DNA of 64,000 nucleotides, from NCBI GenBank assembly GCA_030390025.1, contig CM059432.1:145764001-145828000 (forward strand), in the 5' to 3' direction. The position numbers and the translations under genes are program-made. Positions 1 to 10,369 of this stretch are shown here, piece after piece. The notes under the pieces were generated by a model, which was not told where the DNA came from, did not search any database, and saw nothing but the letters and a program-made list of their open reading frames with translations. This DNA comes from Squalus acanthias (taxonomy: Eukaryota). The first letter of the stretch is position 1, and each line of letters opens with the position of its first letter.

Positions 1-77
1 CAGATTTTATGATCCCATGATACCATGGGGGAGTGGTTCAAAACTGGAGAAGATACTAACTTGCTGATGATATTGCA

Positions 78-558
78 AACCAATGGGGGCCAGGATGATA
101 CCAGGGATCAGGGACTTCAGTTATGTGGAGAGATTGGAGAAGCTGGGATTGTTCTCCTTAGAGCAGCGCAGGTTAAGGGGAGATCTAATAAAGGTATTCA
201 AAATGATGAGGGGTATTGATAGAGCAAGTGGGGAGAAACTGTTTCCTCTGGCAAGTGGGTCGGTAACCAAAGGTCATAAATTTAAAATAATTGGCAAAAG
301 AACCAGAGGGGAAATGAGGAGAATTTTTTTTCAAACATAGGGTTGTTATGATCTGGAACGCACTACCTGAAAGGGTGGTGGAATCTGATTCTGTAGTAAC
401 TTTCAAAAAGGTAATTGGACATGCACTTGAAGAGGACTAATTTGCAGGGTTATGGGGAAAAAGCTGGGCTGTAGGACTAAATTGGACAGCTCTTTCAAAG
501 AGACGGCACAGGCACGATGGGCTGAATGGCCTCCTTCTCTGCTGTAAGATTCTAGGAT
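78..558 (+). mobile_element. CR1 (HER1-like) LINE 3' fragment
   Basis: LEKLGLFSLEQRRLRGDLIKVFK (CR1 ORF2 C-terminus) and 3' tail gggctgaatggcctccttct...gattct. Confidence 0.9.
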
Positions 559-619
559 TAGGCCCTTCTTTCATGGAGGTAGCACTCCATCTATGGGCCA
601 TATCAGGACAACGCCAACA

Positions 620-1740
620 GCAGCCCTTCTGAGATTTCAGCCAGGGCACAAGCTTAACATGGCAACAGGGAATCTATCATTCTCAGTGAGGAACTCGAGG
701 GTGAGATTTCATTGCAGATAATCCCCACATTTAGTCCCTTCTTTGTCCATATCCCTGCAATTTTGCAGAGTAACATGGTTGGGGACCCTCAACTAGTAGC
801 CAAAATAGATATCCTGCAATCGAGCACGAGTGTAGCCAGCTCAGGAGCGAGGACTTTACGGCTCGAAGTAAGTTCCTCTGCAAAGAGGAGTTCAAGATGG
901 TTACACTGCCTCACATAATCCATGATGTGGAGATACCGGCGTTGGACTGGGGTGGACAAAAATGAGAAGTCGCACAACACCAGGTTATAGTCCAACAGAT
1001 TTATTTAAAATTACAATTAAAATTAAAATTAAAATTACACATAATCCAGGCAGTGTGTCCAGTAAACTGGCTGACTGCTGCTTATTTCCATATTGTGATC
1101 CAAAACCACGTCACTGCAGGTATCTCTGGTTTCCAGGTTTGGGATCGCAGCTACCAATATAATGTGCTTCACTTTGGCCTCAGTGTCAGTGGTGTTGAAT
1201 AAGTATCTGTTCATCATTCTCCTGCCTGTCAGTGTGCTTTATCCACACATCTATCCACACCTAAATGATGAGATTTTAAGAGTCTGCCCAGAAAGTTGAC
1301 TGCTAAGTACTTATTACTCATCAGGTAATGGCCTTCATTGTCGATTGTGAGAGGTTTCACCTAAAGCCTAAACAGAATGTGATATTTTTCAGACCTCTTT
1401 TTTTTTCTTGCCACCCTGGGCAAAATCTTGTTTCAAAATTGGTCGTCTATCTAAGGGAGGCACCAACAATCACAGCAAAAAACATTACCTTGTGTTGTTG
1501 GTCTTCAATGTACGAGTCTCTTCAGTTGAGCCTATTCCACCAGGGGACTCCACCCTAGGTCACTTGTCTTAACTTGATGAGGATGATCAGGTTTCAACTT
1601 TGCATTTCACAGTCTCTGGAGCACAATGTGCTTCAGGATATTTGACTTCCTTCCTCAGCTGACATTGGTGACAGGCACATCCTTGTCTAAATAGGGCTCT
1701 CATCATCAGCTCAGACAGTGGACTCTCTCGGAGTCCTCCT
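620..1740 (+). mobile_element. Degenerate DIRS1-like tyrosine-recombinase retrotransposon, RT and start of RNase H (left half)
   Basis: Decayed motifs in DIRS order: FKMVTLPHIIQAV, LTAAYFHIVI, HCRYLWF, YQYNVLHFGLS, IYPHLNDEIL (cf. YPYLDDWLI), FIVDCERFHLKPKQNVIFF, TLVTGTSLSK*GSH (cf. TDASLSGWGAH), WTLSESS. Confidence 0.75.
923..1037 (-). mobile_element. Short Penelope-like terminal-repeat fragment inserted in the DIRS RT
   Basis: Same sequence family as 35104-35233 and 39187-39223 (tgatgtggagat..gttggactggggtggacaaa..caccaggttatagtccaacag). 11-bp TSD cacataatcca at 912-922 and 1038-1048. Confidence 0.7.
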
Positions 1741-2493
1741 TTTAAAAAATTTGTTTTCGGAATGTGGGCATTGCTGGCAAGGCCGGCATTTATTGCCCAT
1801 CCCTACTTGCCCTTCTTGAACCGCTGCAGTCCGTGTGGTGAAGGTGCTCCCACAGTGCTGTTAGTTAGGAAGTTCCAGGATTTTGACCCAGCGACGATGA
1901 AGGATCGGCGATATATTTCCAAGGCAGGATGGTGTGTGACTTGGAGGGGAACTTGGAGGTGATGGTGTAACCATGCGCCTGCTGCCCTTGTCCTTCTCGG
2001 TGGTAGGGTTTAGGAGGTGCTGTCGAAGAAGTCTTGGTGAATTGCTGCAGTGCATCCTGTGGATAGTACACACTGCAGCCACGGGGCCGGTGGTGGAGGG
2101 AGTGAATGTTTAAGGTGGTGGATGAGTTGCGATCAAGAGGACTGCTTTGTCCTGGATGGTGTCGAGCTTCTCGAGTGTTGTTGGAGCTGCACTCATCCAG
2201 GCAAGTGGAGAGTATTCCATCACACTAGGGGGTGGAGAGGCTTTGGATAGTCAGGAGGTGAGCTACTCACCGCAGAATACTCAACCTCTGACTTGCTCTA
2301 GTAGCCGCAGCAGTTATGTGGCTGGTCTTGTTTAGTTTCTGGTCAAAGGTGAACCCCCCCCACCCTGGATGTTCATCATGGGGGATTCAGTGATGGTAAT
2401 GCCATTGATTGTCAAAGGGAGATGTTTTATGATATTAAAGCAAAATACTGTGGATGCTGGAAATCTGAAATAAAAACAGAAAATGCTGGAAGT

Positions 2494-4126
2494 ATTTGTA
2501 GGGAAATGGTGTTAGGGAAATTGACGGCATTAAAGGCCAATAAATCCCCAGGGCCTGATAATCTACATCCTAGGGTACTTAAGGAAGTGGCCCTAGAAAT
2601 AGTAGATGCATTGCTGGTCATCTTCCAAAATTCTATAGACTCTGGAACAGTTCCCATGGATTGGAGGGTAGCTAATGTTACCCCACTGTTCAAAAAAGGT
2701 GGCAAAGAAAAAACGGGGAATTATAGACCGGTAAGCCTGACATCGGTTGTGGGGAAAATCCTAGAGTCCATTATAAAAGATGTAATAGCAGAGCACTTGG
2801 AAAACAGTGACAGGATTGGACAAAGTCAACATGGATTTACAAAAGGTAAATCATGCTTGACTAATCTACAGAAATTTTTTGAGGATGTAACTGATAGAAT
2901 AGATAAGGGAGAACCAGTGGATATGGTGTATTTGGATTTTCAGAAGGCTTTCGATAAGGTCCCGCATAAGAGATTAGCATGTAAAGTTAAGGCACATGGG
3001 ATTGGAGGCAAGGTACTGACTTGGATAGAGAACTGGTTGGCAGACAGGAAGCAAAGAGTTGGAATAAACGGGTCTTTTTCCGAGTGGCAGGCAGTGACTA
3101 GTGGGGTTCCGCAGGGATCGGTCCTAGGACCCCAGCTATTCACTATATATATTAATGATCTAGACAAGGGAACTAGATGTAATATCTCCAAGTTTGCAGA
3201 TGACACAAAGCTGGGTGGGCGTGTGTGCTGCGAGGAGGATGCCGAGAAACTCCAGTATGATTTGGACAGGTTGGGTGATTGGGCAGATGCATGGCAGATG
3301 CAGTATAATGTGGATAAATGCGAGGTTATCCACTTTGGTGGCAAAAACAGAAAGGCAGATTATTATCTGAACGGCAATAGATTGGGAGAAGGGGAAGTGC
3401 AACGAGACCTGGGTGTCCTTGTGCACCAGTCGCTGAAGGTAAGCATGCAGGTACAGCAGGCGGTTAAGAAGGCAAATGGTATGTTGGCCTTCGTAGCGAG
3501 AGGGTTTGAGTACAGGAACAAGGATGTCTTGCTGCAGCTGTACAGGGCCTTGGTGAGACCACACCTTGAGTATTGTGTGCAGTTTTGGTCGCCTTATCTG
3601 AGGAAGGATGTTCTTGCCATGGAGGGTGTGCAGCGAAGATTCACCAGACTGATACCTGGGATGGCAGGAATGACGTACGAGGAGAGATTGGGTCGATTTG
3701 GATTATACTCGCTGGAGTTTAGAAGACTGAGAGGAGATCTCATTGAAACTTATAAAATTCTAACAGGGCTAGACAGACTGGATGCAGGAAGGATGTTCCC
3801 GATGGCGGGTGAGTCCAGAACAAGAGGTCACAGTCTAAAGATAAGGGGTAAGCCATTTAGGACAGAGATGAGGAGGAATTTCTTCACCCAGAGAGTGGTG
3901 AACCTGTGGAATTCTCTACCACAGAAGGCAGTTGAGGCCAAGTCAGTAAATATATTCAAGAAGGAGTTAGATATATTTCTTAAGGCTAAAGGTATCAAGG
4001 GATATGGGGAGAAGGCAGGGACAAGGTACTGAGTTTGGATGATCAGCCATGATCTCATCGAATGGCGGAGCAGGCTCGAGGGGCCGAATGGCCTACTCCT
4101 GCTCCTATCTTCTATGTTTCTATGTT
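2494..4126 (+). mobile_element. Young 5'-truncated CR1/HER1 LINE with uninterrupted RT domain
   Basis: Open frame with KSPGPD, YRPVSLTS, QHGF, YLDFQKAFD, GVPQGSVLGP and FADDTK through the stop at 4032, followed by a (ttctatgt)n-type tail. It splits the Penelope repeat at gctggaagta|ctcagcagg. Confidence 0.95.
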
Positions 4127-4166
4127 TACTCAGCAGGTCAGGCAGCATCTGTGGAGAGAGAAACAG

Positions 4167-4203
4167 AGTTAACGTTTCAGGTCGATGACCCTTCGTCAGA
4201 ACT
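4167..4203 (-). ncRNA. Minimal type I hammerhead ribozyme motif in Penelope terminal repeat
   Basis: Minus strand AGUU-CUGACGA-A-GGGUC-AUC-GACCU-GAAA-CG-UU-AACU: core boxes, stem II, palindromic ACGU stem III, stem I AGUU/AACU. Confidence 0.7.
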
Positions 4204-4529
4204 GGAAAAAGTTGGAGATGGAAGAGGTTTTTAAGCAAGTGTAGGGGCAGGGAAAGGGGGGCGGGGAGGAAAGAACAAAAGGGAAGGTCTGTGATAGGAT
4301 GGAAGGCAGGAGAGATTAAGAGACAAAAGGGATGATGGTGCAAGGCAAAAGGAGATGGTTATGGGACAAGTTAAGAAACAAAAGATGAGTCTAGATGAAG
4401 TGTAAATGGCGATGGCAGAATGATCGACAGCTGCCATGTGAGAGAGAGAAAAAAAATGATAGGGGCAGAGGTTATGGTCTGAAATTGTTGAACTCGATGT
4501 TGAGTCCAGAAGGCTGTGAAGTGCCTAAT

Positions 4530-4978
4530 GGCAACACGGTGGCATAGTGGTTAGCACTGGTGCCTCACAGCGCCAGGGGCCCGGGTTCGAATCTGGCCTC
4601 GGGTGACTGTCTGTGTGGAGTTTGCACATTCTCCCCGTGTCTGCGTGGGTTTCCTCCGGGTGCTCCGGTTTCCTCCCACAGTCCAAAAATGTGTGGGTTA
4701 GGTTGATTTGGCTATGATAAATTGACCCTTAGTGTTAGGGGGGGATTAAATATGTGGGGTTACGGGGATAGGATGGGATATGTTAGGGGAATTAAATACG
4801 TGGGGTTACGGGGATAGGGTGGGATATGTGTCGGTGCAGGCTCGATGGGGATTCTGTGTGAGAAAGCAGGGACAGGGTACTGGATTTGGATGATCAGCCA
4901 TGATCGTATTGAATGGTGGAGCAGGCTCGACGGGCCGAATGGCCTACTCCTGCTCCTAGTTTCTATGTTTCTATGTTT
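4530..4978 (+). mobile_element. tRNA-derived V-SINE (HE1-like) with CR1-derived 3' tail
   Basis: A/B boxes (tggcatagtggttag, gggttcgaatc), V-domain gtgtggagtttgcacattctccccgtgtctgcgtgggtttcctccggg, TSD ctaat at 4525-4529 and 4979-4983. Confidence 0.9.
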
Positions 4979-5442
4979 CTAATCAAAAAATGAGGTGCTG
5001 TTCCTCGAGCTTACGTTGAGCTTTATTGGAACAGTGTAAGAGGCCAAGGATGGAGAGGTCAGAGTGGGAGTAGAGCGGAGAATTAAAGTGACAGGTGACC
5101 GGAAGCTCGGGGTCACCCTTACGGACTGAACGGAGGTGTTCCGCAAAGCGGTCACCCAATCTGCGTTTGGTCTCCCCAATGTAGAGGAGACCACATCGTG
5201 AGCAGCGAATACAGTATACTAAATTGCAAGAAGTACAAGTAAATCGCTGTTTCACCTTGAAGGAGTGTTTGGGGCCCTGGACAGTGGGAAGGGAGGAGGT
5301 AAAAGGGCAGGTGTTGCATCTCCTGCGCTTGCACTGGAAGGTGCCAGGCGAAGGGGAAGGGGTGTTGGGGGTGTTAGAGGAGTGGACCAGGGTGTCGCGG
5401 AGGGGGCGGTCCCTTCGGTTTTATGATATTGTTGGAGATGGT

Positions 5443-5965
5443 TGTTATTTCGTATGACGGGAACAGCTTATAATGGGATGTCTAGTTTGGCTCTCCATTC
5501 AATGGCCTCCTGAGATGCTGAGTGGAGAAATGAGGTGCCTCCCGCAACAGATCTCAGTGGGCAGGTTGATGTGATGTGTTCCACGGTCTGGGACTCATGG
5601 CCACAGTCGCACTTCGGGTCGTCCCCTCATCTTCCACTTGTGGAGCAGGTGGCCGCAGCGTCCATGCCCTGTGTGGATTCGGTTGAGCGCTGTGCACTGT
5701 GTGATGGAGGTTGAAGCCAAGGACTCTGCTGTTGGGTCAGTGATGAGCTGCTGGTTCTCTATGTTGCCTGCGTCCCACGATTCCGTCCATCTGGATAGTG
5801 GGTCCATACCAGCTGCATGAATATTGGCTGCTGTTTCCCAGAATGGCCGGCGTGATTTTAAGCACTTTCTTGGTGGGTTTTCAAGTCTTCGTGAACGGGA
5901 AGGCCGATGTTGCTCATGACTTTTTCCATCTCACGGAGCACAGTGGCGTCGGGAACCACTCAGTT
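5443..5965 (-). mobile_element. Vingi/Ingi-like non-LTR retrotransposon 3' fragment
   Basis: Minus strand ALNRIHTGHGRCGHLLHKW, then after a frameshift PKCDCGHESQTVEHITSTCP...AIEWRAKLDIPL*, and a very short 3'UTR ending catacgaaataa. Confidence 0.65.
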
Positions 5966-6980
5966 GGAGGGGCGGTGGTTAGACTCTCTCTTGTTGGAGA
6001 TAGTCATTGCCTGGCACTTCTGTGGCGTGAATGTTACTTGCCACTTATCAGCCCAGGCCTGAATGGCATCCAGGTCTTGCTGCATGCGGGCATGGACTGC
6101 TTCATTATCTGAGGAATTACGAATGGAGCTAAACACTGTGCAATTCTCAGCGAACATCCCCACTTCTGATCTTATGATGGAAGGAAGGTCATTGATGAAG
6201 CAACTGAATAGTTGGGCCTAGGACACTGCCCTGAGGAACTCCTGCAGTGATATCCTAGGGCTGTGATGATTGACTTCCAACAACCACAACCATCTTCCAT
6301 TGGGCTAGGTATGACTCCAGCCACTGGAGAGTTTTCTTCCTGATCCCCATTGACTTCAGTTTTACTGGGGCTCCTTGGTGCCACAGTCAGTCAAATGCGG
6401 CCTTGTTGTTAAGGGCAGTCACTCTCACCTCACTTCTGGAATTCAGCTGCTTTGTCCATGTTTGGACCAAGGCTGTAATGAGGTCTGGAGCTGAGTGGTC
6501 CTGACGGAACCCAAACTGAGCATCGGTGAGCAGGTTATCAGTGAGTAAGTGCCGCTTGATATGACTGTTGATGACACCTTCCATCACTTTGCTGATGATT
6601 GAGTAGACTAATGGGGCAGTAATTGGCCGGATTGGACTCGTCCTGCTTTTTGTGGACAGGACACACCTGGACAATTTGCCACATTGTCGCGTCTGTAGTC
6701 TGTAGTGTTGTAGCTGTACTGGAATAGTTCAGCCAAAAATGTGGCTAGTTCTGGAGCACAGGTCCTCAGCACTACAGCCAGGACGTTGTCAGGGCCTGTA
6801 GAATTTGCTGGGTCCAGTGCACTCAGCCATTTCTTGATGGCATGTAGAGTGAATTAAACTGGCTGAAGACTGGAATCTGAGATGGTGGGGACCTCAGGAG
6901 GTGGCTGAGAAGAATCATCCACTCAGCAGTTCTGGCTGAAGCTGGTTATGAACACTTTAGCCTTGTCATTTGCACTCACA

Positions 6981-8170
6981 TCCTGACACATAAATTGGCT
7001 GAAATGATGAGTGGTCTATCTCACCTCATGATAATTTGAGACTCTGGTACAGAGCAAATCTGTGTGGCTCTGGATAGACAACACATCACATGTCCATTAT
7101 GTCAACAAACAAGGTGAGATCCATTCCCAGATTCTATCAAGTCACATCCCTGTTTTCGCACTGCCTCAATCTTGGGGTGAGACTCTCGACACAGCAACTT
7201 CTGGGAGAGGAAACTTCAGCAGATCAATGCTTTCAGTTGAATGATGATCTGTCCCCTTAAGTGGACGTTGGGTCATTGAGAAATAGTCTGCATTTTGGCC
7301 ACCAATTACTGACGCTCCTGTTTTGTTTGATGATCATGAACAGGTCTTTGTTTTTGTAGGCATGCAGATTTCTTTAAGATGCCACTGTTTTCCTTGATCG
7401 CCAGGATTTTACAAAAAATTTGAGCAAAGGAAGCAGAGGTGATTCTGATAACCTTTTTATTAACTTTGGTTATTGTGTTTTCTGGTAACCTAGTGTTGAG
7501 CTGTGCTTAACTAATCTACTGCGCCACAAGAGAGAACTTCTTTCCTTCCTGTTAGATCAGATTCTCCACCAGATCCTGTATAACCACAACTTTCATTTAT
7601 ATTGTGCCTTTAAGGTATCAAAATGTCCCAAGGCACTTCACAGGAGTGTTATCAAACAAAATTTGCATAGTGCTATTTGATATTCTAACTGTTGCAAGGG
7701 GACGTTTGTAGAATCAGGACTTTCCATCACCGGTAGTCAATCTTTTTATTGTCTTCTATAAACCTCAAATTATTTCATCTATAATTTCAAGTGGAGTCCT
7801 GTACAGGGTTGTTCAAGGGACACTTATGACATCATATATCATCTTAAAGTGAGGTTGTCCTTTTTGTTCCCTGTAAGTGTGGCCTGATGTCAGATGGAAA
7901 ATGCTTCGAAGGATGAAAGCTCTACCAAGGCACTTAATCCACTGTTTTTATTGCTAACATGGACATCCTCAAGCTTGGTCCTCCATCCTTGCCAGGCTGC
8001 TGGGTGATGTAAATTATGTGGAAGCCCCTGGACTTCTGACTGATTTGAAATCTGCTTGACCATGGGAAGATATGCCTGGACAAAGCCCAGCCTGTAGCAC
8101 ATTTTTCTAGGCTGGTCAGCTTTCGACGGTCAGGCGAGTTGGAAGTTCTCACAACCCTGTATCTCCCTCT
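6981..8170 (+). mobile_element. DIRS1-like relic, right half (RNase H and tyrosine recombinase)
   Basis: HINWLK**VVYLTS**FETLVQSKSVWLWIDNTSHVHYVNKQGE (cf. HINxLEL...VxxDNxTxVxYINxQGG) and VSFRRSGELEVL at ~8115-8150 (cf. YR R.SELxAL). Confidence 0.72.
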
Positions 8171-8199
8171 GCTTCAAATGTTTATCTACACTTCCCTTA

Positions 8200-8670
8200 A
8201 AAGGCACAATGACAAAGGAAGATTCCATTGCAATCATTTACTAAGGGAATCCCCTAACGATATGCAATGGAATCCCCAAATAATTATACAATGTACAAAA
8301 TTCTAATAATTATAAATGTACTGAATTGCAATTTTATTCAAAAGTTCCTTGATTGCACCAACCTCAATAAAAATTAATTTTTTGATAAATAATTTTAAAC
8401 ATCTTAATATTTGCATAAACTCATTTAAAGTGTATGTGCATAATTTTGGATTTTTAAGTGTTTTATTTAAGCCTTATATATACCCTTACGCTGATGAAAG
8501 CAGGCCCTGCGACTGCTTTTACCAGCTTTAAGAGTTGCGTGGGCAATTGCTGGGCAGTTGTTGGGCAAATAACCCCAACTCTGCGCCAGCGATACTCATT
8601 TTTCAGGCGTACCTTGACAGATCGCAAGTTCCGGATTACGTGCATGCAACTTCAGGGCCATTATTTTCTT
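8200..8670 (-). mobile_element. Partial non-autonomous DNA transposon, same family as 39282-39985
   Basis: Reverse-complement similarity to the 39.3-39.8 kb element (gttgggcaaataaccccaactct, gatcgcaagttcc, cttttaccagc). Confidence 0.65.
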
Positions 8671-9278
8671 CTATAGAAGGGGTACTAATGTAAACAGAAA
8701 CTACTCCCCCTAGTCTTTCCTTCCCCTTAGAAAATGGGCAAGTTCCTGATTGGTGCCGAGCTCAGTGGAAGGCTAATGATTTGGGATTGCGGCATCTTGA
8801 GGCAGCGTCATGCAGTACAAAATGTGAATTACAATCATCACAAGATTATTGATCGCATTAGTTCAACGCAAAAACAAAATTTATACAATTATGTTAATCA
8901 GTTTGGATCCTTTTGTATTTATGATGAATTTTATTGACTTCAGTTTTTACCTGACTTCTCATGTTTATTTTTCCTTTTTCAAATCATAATTGCCATTTAT
9001 TCAGACACGTAAACTGTATATACAATTGTTACTTTTCTTTTCTCTATACACAAGCTGCAGCAGTCCATGAAAGCAAAAATGCCGCGTTTATTTTACTCTA
9101 GTGAAAAACCATAGAAGCTTCCAACAGAGGCCATTCAGCTCACTGCGCCTGTGCCAGCTCTTTGCTCCAGCAGTCCCATTGGAATCGCATTGCCGCCCCT
9201 CCTCATAGCCCTGGATCTTCCTCTGCTTCAAATATGTATCCACTCCTTTTTAAAAATGCTTCAACCTTCATCATTAGA

Positions 9279-9709
9279 GTGTCAGCTGTGGCTCAGCGGG
9301 TGTCACTCTCGCCTCTGAGTCAGAAGGTTGTGGGTTCATAGTCCCACTCCAGAGACTGGAGCACATAAATCTAGGCTGCCGTCTCTCGGTATGAGACGTT
9401 AAGCCGAGGCCCCGTCTGCTCTCTCAGGTGGATGTAAAAGATCCCATGGCACTATTTCGAAGAAGAGCAGAGGAGTTATCCCCGGTGTCCTGGCCAATAT
9501 TTATCCCTCAATCAACTTAAAAAAAAAACCCAGATTATCTGGTCATTAGCACATTGCTGTTTACGGCAGCTTGCTGTGCTCAAATTGGTTGTCTTGTTTC
9601 CTACATTGCAACAGTGACTACACTTCAAAAAAAAAGTGCTTCGTTGGCTGTAAAGTGCTTTGGGGAGGTCGTGAAAGGCGTTGTAGAAATGCAAGTCTTC
9701 TTTTTTTTA
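9279..9709 (+). mobile_element. Deu-domain SINE (SacSINE1/AmnSINE1-related) with L2-like tail
   Basis: tRNA-like head gctgtggctcag..gggttc, Deu core gaggccccgtctgctctctcaggtggatgtaaaagatcccatggcactattt, tail aaaggcg..aaatgcaagtcttc. Confidence 0.85.
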
Positions 9710-9799
9710 TCAGTCAAGTAGTTTACTGAGCATATCTTGTAAGGAGCAGAATAAATGCAGGGTGTTGGCGGGAGTGGGGGGAGCAACAGCCGCAGCAGC

Positions 9800-10345
9800 C
9801 GTGGGTATTGCACAGAGCAGTCCCGTGCAATAAATTTTTAAGTCGGTTCACGGACTCCCAGGCCGCCTGCCTTTTCTGCGGCCTGGAGGAGTCCGTGTTC
9901 CATGTTTATGTGGATTGTGAGAGGTTGCAGCCCCTCTTCCATTATTTGAAAGGGCTGCTCCTCGATTTTTGGCTGCACTTCAGTCCCACGCTCCTGACCT
10001 TTGGTCACCCGGTGCGGAGGGGAGCGGGCAGGTCGAGGGGGACCTCCTCGTAGTAGGACTGTTCCTGGGCCTGGCCAAAGTGGCCATTAACAGGACCAGG
10101 CAGCGGGCGGTCGAGGGGGGGGTCGCTCTGCCTGACTGCCCGCCTCTCTTCCGCGGCCACGTTCGCGCCCGGGTGGTCCTGGAGACGGAGCACGCGGTGT
10201 GTCCGCCGGCACGCTCGAGGCCTTCCGCGACCGGTGGGCACCGCAGGGACTGGAGTGCTTCATCACCCCCAGGTTAACCACATTTGAATTTAAATTTGTT
10301 AAGTCTCAGTTGTTGTATTTTTTGGTTAAGTTACAGTTTTTAGTT
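9800..10345 (+). mobile_element. L1-Tx1 clade LINE 3' fragment (zinc-knuckle C-terminus)
   Basis: HRAVPCNKFLSRFTDSQAACLFCGLEESVFHVYVDCERLQPLF...LAKVAINRTR...FRDRWAPQG resembles the Tx1 ORF2 C-terminus. Confidence 0.8.
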
Positions 10346-10369
10346 GATGCAGCCAAACAGCATCAGGAC

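Larger units (their letters stand above)
2437..5417 (-). mobile_element. Penelope-like element (GIY-YIG endonuclease C-terminus plus terminal repeat), 5'-truncated
   Basis: ORF 4983-5255(-) FTCTSCNLVYCIRCSRCGLLYIGETKRRLGDRFAEHL is a GIY-YIG domain. 13-bp TSD gttttatgatatt at 2424-2436 and 5418-5430. Confidence 0.9.
1741..6980 (-). mobile_element. CR1-group LINE, second family ('LINE-B'), interrupted by Penelope and Vingi insertions
   Basis: Segments 1741-2436 and ~5968-6980 are collinear with the copy at 23372-25380 (QFGFRQDHSAPDLITALVQTW; 3' tail gatgggcaataaatgc). Short flanking duplication tcct at 1737-1740 and 6981-6984. Confidence 0.85.

Noticed and set aside
2940..3564. Antisense ORFs of 134 aa over the CR1 RT (similar ones at 11956-12393 and 36905-37402)
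   Set aside because: Shadow ORFs opposite retroelement coding sequence.
4530..4610. tRNA gene (also 9285-9350 and 36180-36268)
   Set aside because: A/B boxes run directly into SINE bodies and tails; these are SINE heads, not tRNA genes.
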